From Actinomycetota bacterium (GTDB taxonomy: Bacteria > Actinomycetota > JBBINU01), in assembly GCA_037443725.1 (NCBI GenBank), contig JBBINU010000006.1, positions 73,748 through 137,747 of the forward strand: a stretch of 64,000 nucleotides of DNA, written 5' to 3'. The notes beneath the pieces were generated by a model, which did no database searches, was not told the DNA's origin, and saw only the letters and a program-made list of their open reading frames with translations. Below are positions 12,344 to 23,850 of the stretch, one piece after another. Made by a program: the position numbers and the translations under genes. How positions within the stretch are numbered: position 1 is the stretch's first letter; the number at the start of each line of letters is the position of its first letter.

Positions 12344-12649
12344 TCACCTCCTGAGAAGCCTGAGCTCGTCGGCGCTGGCTGTGCCGAGGTGGCGGACGAC
12401 GGCCACAATAAGAGCCAGCCCGACTACCACTTCGGCGGCGGCCACAACCATGGAGAAAAGGGCAACAGCCTGGCCCTCAAGGCTCCCCAGGTACCTGGAG
12501 AAGGCAACGAAGGCCAGGTTGGCCGAGTTCAGCATCACCTCCACCCCCATGAACATGAGGATGGCGTTCCTCCTGAGGAGCACAGTCGCCGCACCCAGGG
12601 CCATGAGGAGGCCGGAGAGGAGAAGGTAGTGGAAGGGGCCGGGCGTCAC
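12344..12649 (-). CDS. nuoK: NADH-quinone oxidoreductase subunit K
   Basis: [11 protein letters not shown] and AAEVVVGLA. Confidence 0.94.
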   Translation of the reverse strand: MTPGPFHYLLLSGLLMALGAATVLLRRNAILMFMGVEVMLNSANLAFVAFSRYLGSLEGQAVALFSMVVAAAEVVVGLALIVAVVRHLGTASADELRLLRR

Positions 12650-13131
12650 CCTCCCCTCCTCTTCCCTGACAAGGACAGGGCAGCCACAGCGGCGGCAAGG
12701 AATACCACGGAGGTCGCCTCGAAGGGTAGCAGGTAGGTGGAGAAGATGAGGGAACCTAGCTCCCTCACGGAGCCAGCGGCTCCCTCCGGGAAGACCTGCC
12801 CGCCAAGCCCGAGGACCGCAAGACCCAGACCAACCGCGAGCAGCAACAGGACCCCCGCGGCCAGCGGTCTTTGAGCTTTCAAGGTCTCCAGGAAGGGCTC
12901 GGGCCTGTCGGTCCCGATCGCCATGATGACGAAGAGGAAAAGGACCACCACGGCCCCCGCGTACACGATGATCTGGACCAGAGCGAGCAGCTCCGCACCG
13001 AGGACGAGGTACAGGAGGGCGAGAACCCCAAGGTTCGCGGCGAAAGCCATGGCGGCCCTCACGGGGTGCCTCGAGACCAGGAGGGCCAGAGCCGAACCCA
13101 GAGCCAGGGGGGCGAGGAACCAGAAGATCAC
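12646..13131 (-). CDS. nuoJ: NADH-quinone oxidoreductase subunit J
   Basis: [18 protein letters not shown] and YLLPFE. Confidence 0.93.
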   Translation of the reverse strand: MIFWFLAPLALGSALALLVSRHPVRAAMAFAANLGVLALLYLVLGAELLALVQIIVYAGAVVVLFLFVIMAIGTDRPEPFLETLKAQRPLAAGVLLLLAVGLGLAVLGLGGQVFPEGAAGSVRELGSLIFSTYLLPFEATSVVFLAAAVAALSLSGKRRGG

Positions 13132-13132
13132 C

Positions 13133-13756
13133 CTAGCTCACCTCCTGCCCCGACCCCTCATGAGCCTCGGCACCCTCCGAGGTGCTTCCCCCCGCCTGAA
13201 GAACCTCCACCCCGCCGGCAGCGGCCACAGGCAACCCCACAGGGACTGCCTGGAACCCCCTAACGTAGGAGCGGTAGTACTCGTAGTAATCACCGGCAGG
13301 ACCCTCATCCCTCCGTGGCACGGGCGGCAGCCCGTCGGGGAGCGGCACCAGGAGCATCTCCTTGGTGTAGATGGCGTCCTCTCGGGTGGCCACAGATAGC
13401 CTGGTCTCGGCCGTCATGGTGAGGGCCCTGGTGGGGCAGGCCTCCACACAGAGGCCGCAGAAAATGCACCGGAGGTAGTTAATCTCGTATCTCGTCGCAT
13501 ACCTCTCCCCCGGCGAGTACCTCGCCTCGGGCGTGTTCTCCCCCGCCTCCACGAATATGGCGTCCGCCGGGCACACCCAGGCGCAGAGCTCGCAGCCGAC
13601 GCACTTCTCAAGCCCGTCCGGCCAGCGGTTCAGGACGTGTCTGCCATGAACCCTGGCGGGCAGGGGCCTCCTCTTCTCGGGATACTCCACCGTAACCCTG
13701 GGCCTGAAGATGTGCCTCAGGGTGACCCCAAGCCCCCGAACCAACTCCCCCAGCAC
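13133..13756 (-). CDS. nuoI: NADH-quinone oxidoreductase subunit I
   Basis: [12 protein letters not shown] and [12 protein letters not shown]. Lacks the C-terminal module of the other nuoI. Confidence 0.94.
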   Translation of the reverse strand: MLGELVRGLGVTLRHIFRPRVTVEYPEKRRPLPARVHGRHVLNRWPDGLEKCVGCELCAWVCPADAIFVEAGENTPEARYSPGERYATRYEINYLRCIFCGLCVEACPTRALTMTAETRLSVATREDAIYTKEMLLVPLPDGLPPVPRRDEGPAGDYYEYYRSYVRGFQAVPVGLPVAAAGGVEVLQAGGSTSEGAEAHEGSGQEVS

Positions 13757-13757
13757 C

Positions 13758-14864
13758 CTAGCCTCCCTCCCCCGTCCTCCTCGCCCTCGTGAAGAGAGGG
13801 GAGAGAAGCCAGATCAGGGCCAGAACCACGAGCCCAACCAATCCCGCCCTGAAGAGCAGGACCCTCGGGATGGGAAGGGCGACCAGAGCCGAGCTCAGGA
13901 GGAGCCACCCCATGGAGAAGGGGAGGAGAATCTTCCACCCGATGCGCATGAGCTGGTCATAGCGGAACCGCGGAAGACTCGCCCTCAGCCATATGAAGAC
14001 GAAGACGAAGAGAACCACCTTGGCCAGGAACCAGAAGGGACCCCAGACGGGTCTCGCCACCGGCAGCATCGGCCCCCTCCAGCCGCCGAAGAAAAGAGTC
14101 ACCCCTACCGCGGAGGCCGAGAGGGCGTGTAGATATTCGGCTAGGTAAAAGAGCATGAAGGGAGCCCCCGAGTACTCCGTGTGGTACCCGGCTACCAGCT
14201 CGCTCTCGGCCTCCGGCAGATCGAAGGGGGGACGGCTCGCCTCGGCCAGGGAAGCCACGAGGAAGATGAGGAAGGCGGGGAGCTGGGGAAGGAAGAACCA
14301 GATCCCCGCCTGGGCCTCCACTATCTCCGAGACCCGGAGGGAACCGGCATACACGAGGACCGAGGCGAGGGCCAGGGTCATGGCCAGCTCGTAGGAGATG
14401 AGCTGAGCCCCGGCCCGGAGGGAGCCGAGGAGGGGGTAGTTGCTGCCCGAGGCCCACCCCGCGAGGATGACACCGTAAATGGCCACAGACCCGACAGCTA
14501 CCACGAGGAGGACCCCGACGGGGGGGTCGGCAAGCTGCAGGCTCACCTCCCTTCCGACGACCCTCACGGGGGGTCCAAAGGGAATGACGGAAAAGGAAAG
14601 AAACGCCGGGACGGCAGCGAGGAGGGGGGCGAGATAGTAAAGGAGCCGGTCCGTTTCCTTCGGGACCACCACCTCCTTGGTCATGAGCTTAAGCCCATCG
14701 GCAAGGGTCTGAAGTATTCCCCAGGGCCCGGCCCGGTTCGGGCCTACCCTGGACTGCATGTCCGCCAGGATCTTCCTCTCCGCCCAGACGGCCAGAACCA
14801 GCGCGACCAGAAGGAAGGCGAGGAGGACGACGGCTTTCACCAGAGCCAGAAGCCACTCAAGCAC
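13758..14864 (-). CDS. nuoH: NADH-quinone oxidoreductase subunit H
   Basis: [15 protein letters not shown] and [23 protein letters not shown] start at 14864. Confidence 0.94.
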   Translation of the reverse strand: MLEWLLALVKAVVLLAFLLVALVLAVWAERKILADMQSRVGPNRAGPWGILQTLADGLKLMTKEVVVPKETDRLLYYLAPLLAAVPAFLSFSVIPFGPPVRVVGREVSLQLADPPVGVLLVVAVGSVAIYGVILAGWASGSNYPLLGSLRAGAQLISYELAMTLALASVLVYAGSLRVSEIVEAQAGIWFFLPQLPAFLIFLVASLAEASRPPFDLPEAESELVAGYHTEYSGAPFMLFYLAEYLHALSASAVGVTLFFGGWRGPMLPVARPVWGPFWFLAKVVLFVFVFIWLRASLPRFRYDQLMRIGWKILLPFSMGWLLLSSALVALPIPRVLLFRAGLVGLVVLALIWLLSPLFTRARRTGEGG

Positions 14865-17118
14865 GTCCGGCCTCCCCCCTCCCGACCTCCACCTCCCACC
14901 CCGACTCCGCCACGGCAGGCAGACCCGGGACGCCCGCCGGCAGGTAGATGACCCCCGGGGCAACGGCGGCGGAAGCGCGCCAGGGTAGAAGGGCTTCCCC
15001 CGCCTCCGTTCTCACCCTCGCCGGCATCCCCTCCTCTAGCCCGAGGGCAGCCGCGGTGTCGGGGGAGACCTCCACGACAGCGCGGGCCGCAAGAGCCTCC
15101 AGAGGGCCCGATCCTGTGAGCGCCCTTCCGGCGAGAAGGGGCCTCGCCACAAAGGCCTCCAACCCCCGCCTCCCGCCCCCCGCACCGCCTGCCCCCGCCA
15201 GGGAAACCCGAGGGGCCTGAGCCGAGACGCCCTGTAGCTCCTCCTCCCACGCCTCCAGCCCCGTGGGTAGGCTCATCCCGGCCAGCTCAGCGAGGTAGGA
15301 GAGGATCTCATAGTCGGGAAGGCAAAGGCCGGGGGGCTCGCGGAGCGCGGGCAGGGGCCTTCTCACGCCGTCCCATCCGGTGATGGTGCCCTTCCGCTCG
15401 GCGTACCCGGCGGCGGGGAGAACCACGTCGGCCAGGCTCAGAACCTCGGGAGGGACGAGTATGTCCTGGACCACCACGAACCCGGCTCCCTCCAGGGCCT
15501 CCCTCCATCCGGGCCAGCGCCTTGGGTCCTCCCCTACTATCCAGAGCAGCCCGAGGTCACCCCGGGAGGCGGCGTCCAGCACCTCCCTCCTGGCAAGCCC
15601 CACCTCCCCGGACCCCCTCGGGCCTGGAAGGAGCCCGGGGTGGAGGCCAGCCCTTATGGCCCCCCTGAGATTCCCTCTCCTCGGGGCGAGAGCAATCTTC
15701 GCCCCCACCCCGCCGGCCAACTCCAGAGCAGCCTCGGCCGCGCCCCTCCAGGAAAGGGCCTCCTCCCCCACAAGAACCACGTCTCCCGGACCGAGCTCAC
15801 CGCGAAGGCGCCCGAGCTCCTCCCCAACCCCAGAGGGGGGCGCACCCAGGAACCGGGAGGGGAGATAGGCCCCGGAGGTGAACCGCGGACCTACCGCCAT
15901 CACCACAAGCCCCCTCTTCCGCCAGGCCTGCCTCAGTCGGAGAAAGAGAATGGGTAGCTCTTCCCTGGGGTCGAGCCCGACCAAGAGCACCCTCTCGGCC
16001 CCGTCCAGATCGGCGTAGCCAACCTCCCCGAAGTAGAGGGGGAGGAGGCAGGAGGGGTCCGACATTCCCACCCCGGCGTCCAGGTTCCCCACCCCGACCA
16101 GCTCACGGAAGACCCGCGAGAGAGCGAGGGCGTCCTGATCGGCCAGGTGCGCACCGCCAAGGGCGGCGGCCGGGACCGGATACTTACCTCCCTTCACCTC
16201 AAGAGCCCTCTCGGCCACGGCCTCCAGGGCCTCCTCCCAGCCCACGGCCACCAGCTCCCCCTCCTTCCTCACCATGGGCTCGACGACCCGGGAGGGATGG
16301 TCGAGGAAGAAGTGGGCATACCGGCCCCTGTCGCAGATCCAGGCCAAGTTGGTGCTGGGGTCCTCCTCCGCCAGATGCCTCACGATCCTTCCCGCCCGCG
16401 CATCCACCCTCACCCTGCACCCCGAAGCGCAGAGAGGGCAGACCCCCGTGGCGGAACTCAGATCGAAGGGGCGAGCCCGGAACCGGTAGGTGGTGGAGGT
16501 GAGGGCACCCACCGGGCAGATCTGCACCACGTTCCCGGAGAAGGGTGGGCCGATCTCGACCCCGGGAGCGATGCTCACCTGCTGTCTCGCCCCCCGTTCT
16601 GTGAAGACTAGGTCTGGCTCCCCAGCCACCTCAGCGGTGAACCTCACGCAGCGGGCACACTGCACGCACCTCTCCCTGTCGAGCAGAATGAGGGGGGAGA
16701 TCCGGAGCGGCTTCGGTAGAAACCGCCTCCTCGGCTCCGCGTACCTGCTCCCGCCGGGTCCGTAGGCGAGGGTCTGGTCCTGGAGGGGGCACTCGCCTCC
16801 CCTATCGCAGTAGGGGCAGTCCAGCGGGTGGTTGGTGAGGAGGAACTCTATGGCTGCTTCCTGAGCGGCCCTCGCCATCGGGCTCGAGGTGTGGACCACC
16901 ATTCCTTCAGCCACGGGGGTTGTGCAGGAGGTGACCGGTCTCCTCTGGCCCTCTATCTCCACCATGCATGTCCTGCAGGCCCCCATGGGCTCCAAGTAGG
17001 GATGGTCGCAGAACCGAGGGATGTAGATGCCAAGCCGCTCGGCGGCCCTAATCACCAGGGTCCCCGCAGGGACCACCACTTCGCGGCCGTCTATGGTGAG
17101 CCGGACCTCCTGGCTCAA
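14857..17118 (-). CDS. nuoG: NADH-quinone oxidoreductase subunit G
   Basis: IPRFCDH...GACRTC...C, HPLDCPYCDRGGEC, CVQCARC...C and CPLCASGC...C (N7-type). TTG start overlaps the nuoF stop. Confidence 0.94.
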   Translation of the reverse strand: MSQEVRLTIDGREVVVPAGTLVIRAAERLGIYIPRFCDHPYLEPMGACRTCMVEIEGQRRPVTSCTTPVAEGMVVHTSSPMARAAQEAAIEFLLTNHPLDCPYCDRGGECPLQDQTLAYGPGGSRYAEPRRRFLPKPLRISPLILLDRERCVQCARCVRFTAEVAGEPDLVFTERGARQQVSIAPGVEIGPPFSGNVVQICPVGALTSTTYRFRARPFDLSSATGVCPLCASGCRVRVDARAGRIVRHLAEEDPSTNLAWICDRGRYAHFFLDHPSRVVEPMVRKEGELVAVGWEEALEAVAERALEVKGGKYPVPAAALGGAHLADQDALALSRVFRELVGVGNLDAGVGMSDPSCLLPLYFGEVGYADLDGAERVLLVGLDPREELPILFLRLRQAWRKRGLVVMAVGPRFTSGAYLPSRFLGAPPSGVGEELGRLRGELGPGDVVLVGEEALSWRGAAEAALELAGGVGAKIALAPRRGNLRGAIRAGLHPGLLPGPRGSGEVGLARREVLDAASRGDLGLLWIVGEDPRRWPGWREALEGAGFVVVQDILVPPEVLSLADVVLPAAGYAERKGTITGWDGVRRPLPALREPPGLCLPDYEILSYLAELAGMSLPTGLEAWEEELQGVSAQAPRVSLAGAGGAGGGRRGLEAFVARPLLAGRALTGSGPLEALAARAVVEVSPDTAAALGLEEGMPARVRTEAGEALLPWRASAAVAPGVIYLPAGVPGLPAVAESGWEVEVGRGEAGRA

Positions 17119-18395
17119 GCCCTCCTCCCCGTCCCAACCCTCAAGGGGCAACCGCCCAGGGCCACATGCTCCTCGAACTCCTCCCTGAAATGGCGGAGGC
17201 TGGAGACCACGGGGGAGACCGCCCCATCCCCAAAGGCGCAGAAGCAGCGCCCGAACATGCCCGCCGTGATGGACTCGAGAAGCGGCAGGTCCTCCTTCCT
17301 GCCCTCCCCCTCTTCCAGCCGCCTGAAGATCTGGGCCATCCAGGGGTTTCCCTCCCTGCACGGAGTGCACTTTCCGCAGCTCTCGTGGACGTAGAACTCG
17401 ACCCACCTCCTAACCGCCCCCACCACGCAGGTGGCATCGGAGAGGACGATCATGGCCCCCGTGCCCAGCATGGAGCCGGCAGCAGCCACTGACTCGAAGT
17501 CCATGGGCGTGTCGACCAGGGAGGCGGGCAGCAGGGGCGTGGAGCTCCCCCCGGGAGTGAAGGCCTTTAGCCTCCTTCCACCCAGAACCCCGCCGGCGCA
17601 CTCCTCGATGAGGGTTCGGGCGGGGGTTCCCATGGGGGCCTCGTAATTCCCGGGTCTCTCCACCTCACCCGAGACGCAAAAGATCTTGGGACCCGGACTC
17701 TTGGGCGGACCGATGGACGCGTACCAGTCCGGTCCGCGTACCGCGATGAAGTGGAGATTGGCCAGGGTCTCCACGTTCTGGACCACCGTGGGCTGGTTGT
17801 ACAGGCCGTGGGTGGCAGGGAAGGGAGGACGCATCCTCGGTTGGCCACGCCTCCCCTCCAGGGACTCGAGGAGAGCCGTCTCCTCCCCGCAGACGTAGGC
17901 CCCGGCCCCCCGGTGGACCACCACCTCGAGGGAGAAATCGGTACCCATCACCCGCGGCCCTAGATACCCTGCCTCCCTAGCCTCCTCCAGCGCCCGCTGG
18001 AGAACCCAGCCCGGCTCGAGGAACTCGCCCCTCACGTAGACAAAGGCCTGCCTTGCCTCTATGGCGTACGCAGCGATGGCTATCCCCTCCACCACCAGAT
18101 GAGGATCCCTCTCGACCAGCTCCCTGTCCTTGAAGGTTCCAGGCTCCCCTTCATCGAAATTGACGACGAGATAGTGGGGGTAGCGGTCCCTCGGAACGAA
18201 GCCCCACTTGACCCCGGCCGGAAAGCCTGCCCCGCCCCGGCCGCGGAGCCCCGAGGCCTTCACCATCTCCACCACCTGGGAAGGGGTCATTTCCCGAACC
18301 ACCTTCTCCAGGCCCCGGTAACCGCCGGTCTCGACGTACCGGTCGAGACCGACGGGGGAAGGCTCTCCCCAGCGCGCCGTGAGAATCCTCTCCAA
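17115..18395 (-). CDS. nuoF: NADH-quinone oxidoreductase subunit F
   Basis: GRGGAGFP, DEGEPGTFKD, GAGAYVCGEETAL and ESCGKCTPCREG. Confidence 0.95.
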   Translation of the reverse strand: MERILTARWGEPSPVGLDRYVETGGYRGLEKVVREMTPSQVVEMVKASGLRGRGGAGFPAGVKWGFVPRDRYPHYLVVNFDEGEPGTFKDRELVERDPHLVVEGIAIAAYAIEARQAFVYVRGEFLEPGWVLQRALEEAREAGYLGPRVMGTDFSLEVVVHRGAGAYVCGEETALLESLEGRRGQPRMRPPFPATHGLYNQPTVVQNVETLANLHFIAVRGPDWYASIGPPKSPGPKIFCVSGEVERPGNYEAPMGTPARTLIEECAGGVLGGRRLKAFTPGGSSTPLLPASLVDTPMDFESVAAAGSMLGTGAMIVLSDATCVVGAVRRWVEFYVHESCGKCTPCREGNPWMAQIFRRLEEGEGRKEDLPLLESITAGMFGRCFCAFGDGAVSPVVSSLRHFREEFEEHVALGGCPLRVGTGRRA

Positions 18396-18396
18396 C

Positions 18397-19002
18397 CTAC
18401 CTCCCCACAACCCCCCCAGAGGGACCCCGGGAAGAGGTGAGCGCGCCATCCCGGAAACCGGCCAGGGCTAGATAGGTCTCCTTCAAGGGCATGGGGCGCC
18501 TCCCGTCGGCCCTGGGCGGGGGGTCCCCTCGGAGAAGATCCCTTGCCAGAGCCCTGGCTTGCTGCGGAGTGAGTCTAGGATAGGTGAAGTAGTTCACCTG
18601 GACGAGGGGTGCCTGGTCGCAGGCGCCGAGGCACTCCACGGTCTCCAGGGTGACCTCTCCCCCCGCCGTCGTCCCCTCCTCGACCCCCAGCTCGTCCCTG
18701 ATGGCCGCGAGGACCTCTCCCGCCCCCCTGAGAAGACAGCCAACATTGGTGCAGAGGGAGAGAATGAACCTGCCCGTCGGCCTCCTCTTCACCATGGTGT
18801 AAAAGCTGGCAGCCGCCAGGACCTCAGCCGGGCTCACTCCAAGCAGGCCCGCCACCTCCTTAAGGCCCCTCTCCGAGACGTACCCCTCCTCGGCCATGGC
18901 GAGGAAGAGGAGGGGGAGGAGAGCCGAGCGGGGCTCGGGGTAGCGGGCCACCACTCCTCTGGCTCTCTCCCGGAACTCCTCTCCGAAAGGCCCAGCGCTC
19001 AC
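18397..19002 (-). CDS. nuoE: NADH-quinone oxidoreductase subunit E
   Basis: CTNVGC and ECLGAC 2Fe-2S ligands. Confidence 0.93.
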   Translation of the reverse strand: MSAGPFGEEFRERARGVVARYPEPRSALLPLLFLAMAEEGYVSERGLKEVAGLLGVSPAEVLAAASFYTMVKRRPTGRFILSLCTNVGCLLRGAGEVLAAIRDELGVEEGTTAGGEVTLETVECLGACDQAPLVQVNYFTYPRLTPQQARALARDLLRGDPPPRADGRRPMPLKETYLALAGFRDGALTSSRGPSGGVVGR

Positions 19003-20279
19003 CGGTCCACCCCTCCCATCACGGGATCCAGACTGGCAGCAGCCGCCACCAGGTCGGCCACAAGCCCTCCCCTGGCAACCACAGGCAGAGCCTGGAGATT
19101 GACGAAGCTCGGTTCCCTCACCCTAACCCTGTAGGGTCTCGTCCCGCCGTCCGAGACCACCCGGTACCCGAGGAGGCCCCTGGGGGACTCTACGGCCACA
19201 AACACCTCTCCGGCCGGGACATGGAAACCCTCCGTCACGAGCTTGAAGTGGTGAATGAGGGCTTCCATGCTCTCCGCCATGATCTTCCTAAGGTACAGGG
19301 GGTCATTTCCGAGGCCGTCGGGTCCCACGGCCAGCCGCGCCGGCCAGGCTATTTTCGGGTCCTCCACCATGATGGGCCCCGGCTCGAGCCTCTCAAGAGC
19401 CTGAGCAACGATGCGCAGGGACTCCCGCATCTCTCGCATCCTCACCCAGTACCTGTCATAGACGTCGCCCACTTCCCCCACTGGGATCTCGAACTGGTAG
19501 GACTCAAGCCCCGAGTAGGGCCGCACCTTCCGCACGTCGAACGGGACCCCTGAAGCCCTCAGGTTCGGCCCGGTAACCCCGAGGGAGAGAGCCTCCTCGG
19601 CAGGGAGGATCCCCACCCCCTTCGTCCTCTCGAGCCATATGGGGTTCTCCGAGAGCATCGCCTCGTACTCGTCGAAGCGGGTGGGGAAGGTCTTGAGGAT
19701 GGCCCGTACCTTCTCCTCCGCTTCGGGGGGGAGGTCCGCAGCAAGTCCCCCGGGTCGGAAGTAGGCGTGGTTCATCCTCAGCCCCGAGGCCATCTCAAAG
19801 ACGTCAAGGATGTCCTCCCTCTCCCTGAACCCGTAGAGCATCAGGGACATCCCCATGGACCCCAGCTCACCGGCGGTGGTCGCAAGCCAGACCAGATGGC
19901 TCGAGATGCGGTTCAGTTCGGTGAGGAGGACCCGGAGAACCTGGGCCCTGGGCGGGGGCTCGATGCCGAGGAGCCTCTCCACGGCCAGGCAGTAGGCGAG
20001 CTCGTTGAAGAGGGGAGCAAGGTAGTCCATCCTGGTGACGAAGGTGACCGCCTGGACCCAGTTCCTGTACTCGCAGTTCTTCTCGATCCCCGTATGCAGG
20101 TACCCGATGACAGGCTCCGCGGAGACCACCCTCTCCCCGTCCAGCTCGAGGACGATCCTGAGCACCCCATGGGTGGAAGGGTGCTGAGGACCCATGTTCA
20201 CCACAAGGTGCCCTTCCTTGAATTCCCCGAGAACCTCGGCGTCACCGCCGTGGAGGTAGACCTCCCTCCCTTCCTCCAC
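18999..20279 (-). CDS. nuoD: NADH-quinone oxidoreductase subunit D
   Basis: [18 protein letters not shown] and GGVDR. Confidence 0.95.
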   Translation of the reverse strand: MEEGREVYLHGGDAEVLGEFKEGHLVVNMGPQHPSTHGVLRIVLELDGERVVSAEPVIGYLHTGIEKNCEYRNWVQAVTFVTRMDYLAPLFNELAYCLAVERLLGIEPPPRAQVLRVLLTELNRISSHLVWLATTAGELGSMGMSLMLYGFREREDILDVFEMASGLRMNHAYFRPGGLAADLPPEAEEKVRAILKTFPTRFDEYEAMLSENPIWLERTKGVGILPAEEALSLGVTGPNLRASGVPFDVRKVRPYSGLESYQFEIPVGEVGDVYDRYWVRMREMRESLRIVAQALERLEPGPIMVEDPKIAWPARLAVGPDGLGNDPLYLRKIMAESMEALIHHFKLVTEGFHVPAGEVFVAVESPRGLLGYRVVSDGGTRPYRVRVREPSFVNLQALPVVARGGLVADLVAAAASLDPVMGGVDR

Positions 20280-20800
20280 TAGGCCTCCCTCCTCCGGGCA
20301 TCGGGGGGAGGGACGAGGCCGCTCCTGAACTCCACCCTCACCCCGCCCAACGGGTAGTCCTTGCGCTGGGGGTGGCCCTCCCAGTCCTCCGGCATGATGA
20401 TCCTTCTAAGATCTGGGTGTCCCTCGAAGACCACGCCGAAGAAGTCGTACTGCTCCCGCTCGAGCCAGTTGGCTCCGGGCCAGAGCTGGGTGAGGCTCGG
20501 AACCCGGGGGTCCTCCGACGGCACCCTCACCACCACCCTAACGGAGCTGCCGCTCGAGAGAGAGGACACCTGGTAGGAAACCTGGAACCGGGGCTCCCGA
20601 GGGAACCAGTCAACCACGGCGATGTCCTCGAGGAAGTCTAGTGGGTTCTCCTCCCTCGTCTTCAGGTAGAGCATGACCGGGAGGAGCCCCTCCCTGGTGG
20701 TCTCCACCACATCCTCCCCCTTCTCCTCCCTCACCTCGAGCGGGACTCCGGGCAGGGCATGGAGAAGCTCCTCTCGGAGCCCAGTCCCTACCGACGCCAA
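20279..20800 (-). CDS. nuoC: NADH-quinone oxidoreductase subunit C
   Basis: [13 protein letters not shown] and [15 protein letters not shown] start inferred. Confidence 0.92.
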   Translation of the reverse strand: MASVGTGLREELLHALPGVPLEVREEKGEDVVETTREGLLPVMLYLKTREENPLDFLEDIAVVDWFPREPRFQVSYQVSSLSSGSSVRVVVRVPSEDPRVPSLTQLWPGANWLEREQYDFFGVVFEGHPDLRRIIMPEDWEGHPQRKDYPLGGVRVEFRSGLVPPPDARRREA

Positions 20801-21297
20801 GCCAGCTTCCCCCCTTCCCTGGCAATCTTCTCCCTGAGCATGAGGACCCCATCGAGGAGCTGCTCCGGCCTGGGTGGGCAACCGGGGACGTAGACGTCGA
20901 CGGGGATCACCTCGTCCACCCCCTGGACTATGGCGTAGTTGTTGAACATGCCCCCTGAGGAGGCGCAGGCCCCCATGGAAATGACCCACTTGGGCTCAGG
21001 CATCTGGTCATAGAGGCGGCGAACGATGGGTGCCATCTTCTGCGAGACCCGCCCCGCCACGATCATGAGGTCCGCCTGACGGGGGGAGGCCCGGAAAACC
21101 TCCATCCCGAAGCGGGCCAGGTCATACCGGGGGCTACCAGTGGACATCATCTCGATGGCGCAGCAGGCCAGGCCAAAGGTGACGGGCCAGACGGAGCGGG
21201 ACCTAGCCCAAGCCACCGCCTTCTCCACCGTGGTGAGGAGGATTCCCCAAGGCGGCGGGGTGATGCCCTCCCTCGGGCGCTGCCTCACCTCTCCCAC
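20788..21297 (-). CDS. nuoB: NADH-quinone oxidoreductase subunit B
   Basis: [19 protein letters not shown] and PGCPPRPE. Start is GTG at 21297 or 21288. Confidence 0.93.
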   Translation of the reverse strand: MGEVRQRPREGITPPPWGILLTTVEKAVAWARSRSVWPVTFGLACCAIEMMSTGSPRYDLARFGMEVFRASPRQADLMIVAGRVSQKMAPIVRRLYDQMPEPKWVISMGACASSGGMFNNYAIVQGVDEVIPVDVYVPGCPPRPEQLLDGVLMLREKIAREGGKLAWRR

Positions 21298-21644
21298 TCG
21301 AGCCCTCCCTCTCGCCAGACGTAAGCGTAGGCGGCGGCCAGGAAGGCCACGAAGACGGCCATCTCCGCCCAGGCAAGGGTTCCCAGCTGCCTCAGGACCA
21401 CCGCCCAGGGATAGAGGAAAACGGCCTCCACGTCGAAGATGACGAAGAGGAGGGCGGTGCGGTAGAACTTCACGGCCAGCCTGTCCTGGGGCAGGGAGAG
21501 GGGTTCCATGCCGCACTCGTAGGGCCCCTCCTTTATCGGGTTTCGCTTCATGGGGGAGATGAGGCGGGCCATAACCACGCTGCCCGTGGCAAACACAGCG
21601 GCCAGGGCGAACATCACCCCAACGGGCGCCCAGTCAGCGAGCAA
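21285..21644 (-). CDS. nuoA: NADH-quinone oxidoreductase subunit A
   Basis: [17 protein letters not shown] and GGLEW. TTG start follows an AGGAGG ribosome-binding site. Confidence 0.93.
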   Translation of the reverse strand: MLADWAPVGVMFALAAVFATGSVVMARLISPMKRNPIKEGPYECGMEPLSLPQDRLAVKFYRTALLFVIFDVEAVFLYPWAVVLRQLGTLAWAEMAVFVAFLAAAYAYVWREGGLEWER

Positions 21645-21739
21645 GCTCCCTCCTGCCGAGTTCCAGAGCCAAGGGCTCCGACATCCAAGCCGGACCGCCC
21701 GCAAACCGCCACGGTAGCCGGCCCGGGCATGCGGGGCAA

Positions 21740-21770
21740 ATCCTATCGCGCCTTGTGCAGGATTGCACGC
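21740..21770 (-). promoter_or_regulatory. Putative nuo promoter (-10 TAGGAT) with Rex-like palindrome
   Basis: Plus-strand TTGTGCAGGATTGCACGC (21753-21770) resembles the Rex operator TTGTGAA-N4-TTCACAA. It sits just upstream of the minus-strand TAGGAT at 21740-21745. Confidence 0.5.
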
Positions 21771-21814
21771 AGCCGCTCCCCCAGGCAGTCAGGAAACCCG
21801 AGGCTTTATAGACC

Positions 21815-23065
21815 CTACCCGGAGAAGGCCGGAGGGGGAGGCAGGTGCTCCTTGAAGTAAGCGGAGACCCTCTCGAGGATGCCTTCCTCCCTCCCGAACT
21901 CGGGACCGAAGAGGTTCGCCATGACCTTAAAGAGGGAGTACATCAGCCGCCGCCTGGGAAGGCCGTAGCGGGTGGCCAGGTCCATCACACGGGGTGCCGC
22001 CAGGACCTTGAGAAAAATCCGGCCCATGGTGAAGTACCCTCCGTATCTGTCCTTGAGGAGCCGGCGGTAGAGCCGCGCCAGGCCGGGCTGCCCGCTTCTC
22101 ACCGCCTCCCTCGCCACCATGGCGGCCAGAGCTCCCGACTCCAGCGCGTAAGCGATCCCCTCACCGGTGAAGGGATTCACCATGCCCGCCGCGTCCCCCA
22201 CCAGCAGAAGCCCCGGGGCAGCGGGGGGCCTGGTTCCCCCCATCGGGAGGGGCCCGCTCCTGGGAGGCTCGAGCGGACGGGGCTCCACCCCAAACTCGGA
22301 GGGGAGCGTCGCCACCCAGGAGGCGAGAAGTCCCTTCAGGGACGAGGGCCGGGGGCGGGCAAGGAGCCCAACCCCGACGTTCACCCTCCCCCCCGGCAGG
22401 GGAAAGATCCACCCGTACCCTGGGAGAGCTCGGCCCGAAGCCCGGAGGTCGAGAAAGCTCTCCAACCAGCGAGGGGGGGAGCCGGAGGGATAGTAGGCCC
22501 TGGCTGCAACCCCCACCGGCGCAGCGGGGTCCCTTTCCGGGAGGGGATCTCGGACCAGGGCCGAGCCTGCACCGCAAGCCGCGACAACCACCCCCGCCCT
22601 TGCCTCGACCGGCTCTCCATCCACTGCTACCCTCGCCCCCGCCACTGGCCCTTCCTCTCCATCCCTCAGCAGGCAGAGGGCCCTCGCTCCTTCCCAGACC
22701 TCGGCCCCTGCCTGCCTCGCCCTGGCCAGCAGGAGGGAGTCGAGCCGCGCCCTCTCCGCCACCAGGCCGTAGGGGGGGATCCCCGGCAGCGAGGGCCACG
22801 GGAACTCGAGGACCACATCTCCCCCCCTTATCCGGAGCCCCTCAACTCGAAAGAAGTCCTTGGCCTCGGAGCGTATGCCCATCGCCTCGAGAGCGCGGAC
22901 CGCTCTAGGGGTGAGACCGTCGCCGCAAACCTTCTCCCTCGGAAACCTCTCTTTCTCGATTAGAAGCACCCTGACCCCGGCCCTGGCGAGGTGGTAAGCG
23001 GCGGAGGAACCACCCGGTCCGCCCCCAATCACCAGGGCCTCCACCTCAACGCGGGGCAACCCCAT
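21815..23065 (-). CDS. Geranylgeranyl reductase family FAD oxidoreductase (MenJ-like menaquinone side-chain reductase)
   Basis: GGGPGG, FPREKVCGDGLTPR, YGWIFP and GDAAGMVNPFTGEGI; lies between menG and nuoA. Confidence 0.88.
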   Translation of the reverse strand: MGLPRVEVEALVIGGGPGGSSAAYHLARAGVRVLLIEKERFPREKVCGDGLTPRAVRALEAMGIRSEAKDFFRVEGLRIRGGDVVLEFPWPSLPGIPPYGLVAERARLDSLLLARARQAGAEVWEGARALCLLRDGEEGPVAGARVAVDGEPVEARAGVVVAACGAGSALVRDPLPERDPAAPVGVAARAYYPSGSPPRWLESFLDLRASGRALPGYGWIFPLPGGRVNVGVGLLARPRPSSLKGLLASWVATLPSEFGVEPRPLEPPRSGPLPMGGTRPPAAPGLLLVGDAAGMVNPFTGEGIAYALESGALAAMVAREAVRSGQPGLARLYRRLLKDRYGGYFTMGRIFLKVLAAPRVMDLATRYGLPRRRLMYSLFKVMANLFGPEFGREEGILERVSAYFKEHLPPPPAFSG

Positions 23066-23792
23066 CCTCCCTTAGTCCTGGAATCCTGGTGGCCACATAA
23101 ACTACGACGGAGCCCGCGGCGAGCCTCCCCGCCACCCTCGCCCTCCACCCCAGGTTCCCCATGAGCTCCAGGAGTTTCCGGGGTGGGAAGAAGGTGAGGA
23201 CGGTCTCGGAAAGGTACCGGTAGGCCCCGGGCACGGGGCTGAAGAGCCTCCCGAGAAGAGGCACTCCCAGTCTTATCCACGCTCTGGCCAGAAGAGCCAG
23301 AGGGCCTGAGGGAGGGGCGAACTCCAGCACCACCAGGCTCCCCCAGGGCCTTAGCACCCTCCCGATCTCGGCCAGAACCCTCCCGGGGTCCTCCAGGTTC
23401 CTGAAAACGAAGCTCATGGCGACCGAGTCGAAGCTGGCGGGGAGGAAGGGGAGGTGGCTGGCATCGGCCACCGCGAGCCCCACACCACTGCCCAGCTTCC
23501 TCCTGGCCGAGAGGAGCATGGAGGGGGAGAAGTCCACCCCCACCACCCGACAACCCCTCTCGCGGAGGGCCCGCGCCATCTCCCCCGTGCCCGTCCCTAT
23601 GTCCAGGACTCTGGAGCCCGGGGGTACCTCCCGGGCAGCCCTCCTCCGCCATCTGCAGTCCATGCCGAGGGAGGTGAGGCGGTTCAGCCGGTCATAGGCG
23701 GGAGTGGCAGCCTCAAACATGCCCCTAACCGAAGCTGCCACCCTCCGCGGCCCTCCCCAGACTAGGCTTTTCCTCCTCTCCTCTCCGGGCAC
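23046..23792 (-). CDS. menG: Demethylmenaquinone methyltransferase (MenG/UbiE)
   Basis: YDRLNRLTSLG, VLDIGTGTG SAM motif and AYRYL. TATCCT lies 6 nt before the GTG. Confidence 0.87.
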   Translation of the reverse strand: MPGEERRKSLVWGGPRRVAASVRGMFEAATPAYDRLNRLTSLGMDCRWRRRAAREVPPGSRVLDIGTGTGEMARALRERGCRVVGVDFSPSMLLSARRKLGSGVGLAVADASHLPFLPASFDSVAMSFVFRNLEDPGRVLAEIGRVLRPWGSLVVLEFAPPSGPLALLARAWIRLGVPLLGRLFSPVPGAYRYLSETVLTFFPPRKLLELMGNLGWRARVAGRLAAGSVVVYVATRIPGLREDGVAPR

Positions 23793-23850
23793 GCCGAGAG
23801 GATACGCCAGAGCCCGGGCATGGTCCCTGAAAGCCAGGCCGCGAGGCCAT

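Noticed and set aside
17119-17406. Long N-terminal extensions given by the ORF track for nuoG (likewise nuoB, nuoC, nuoK, ccsB, wecB and the deacetylase)
   Set aside because: They overlap upstream genes out of frame; coupled starts next to the upstream stops fit better.
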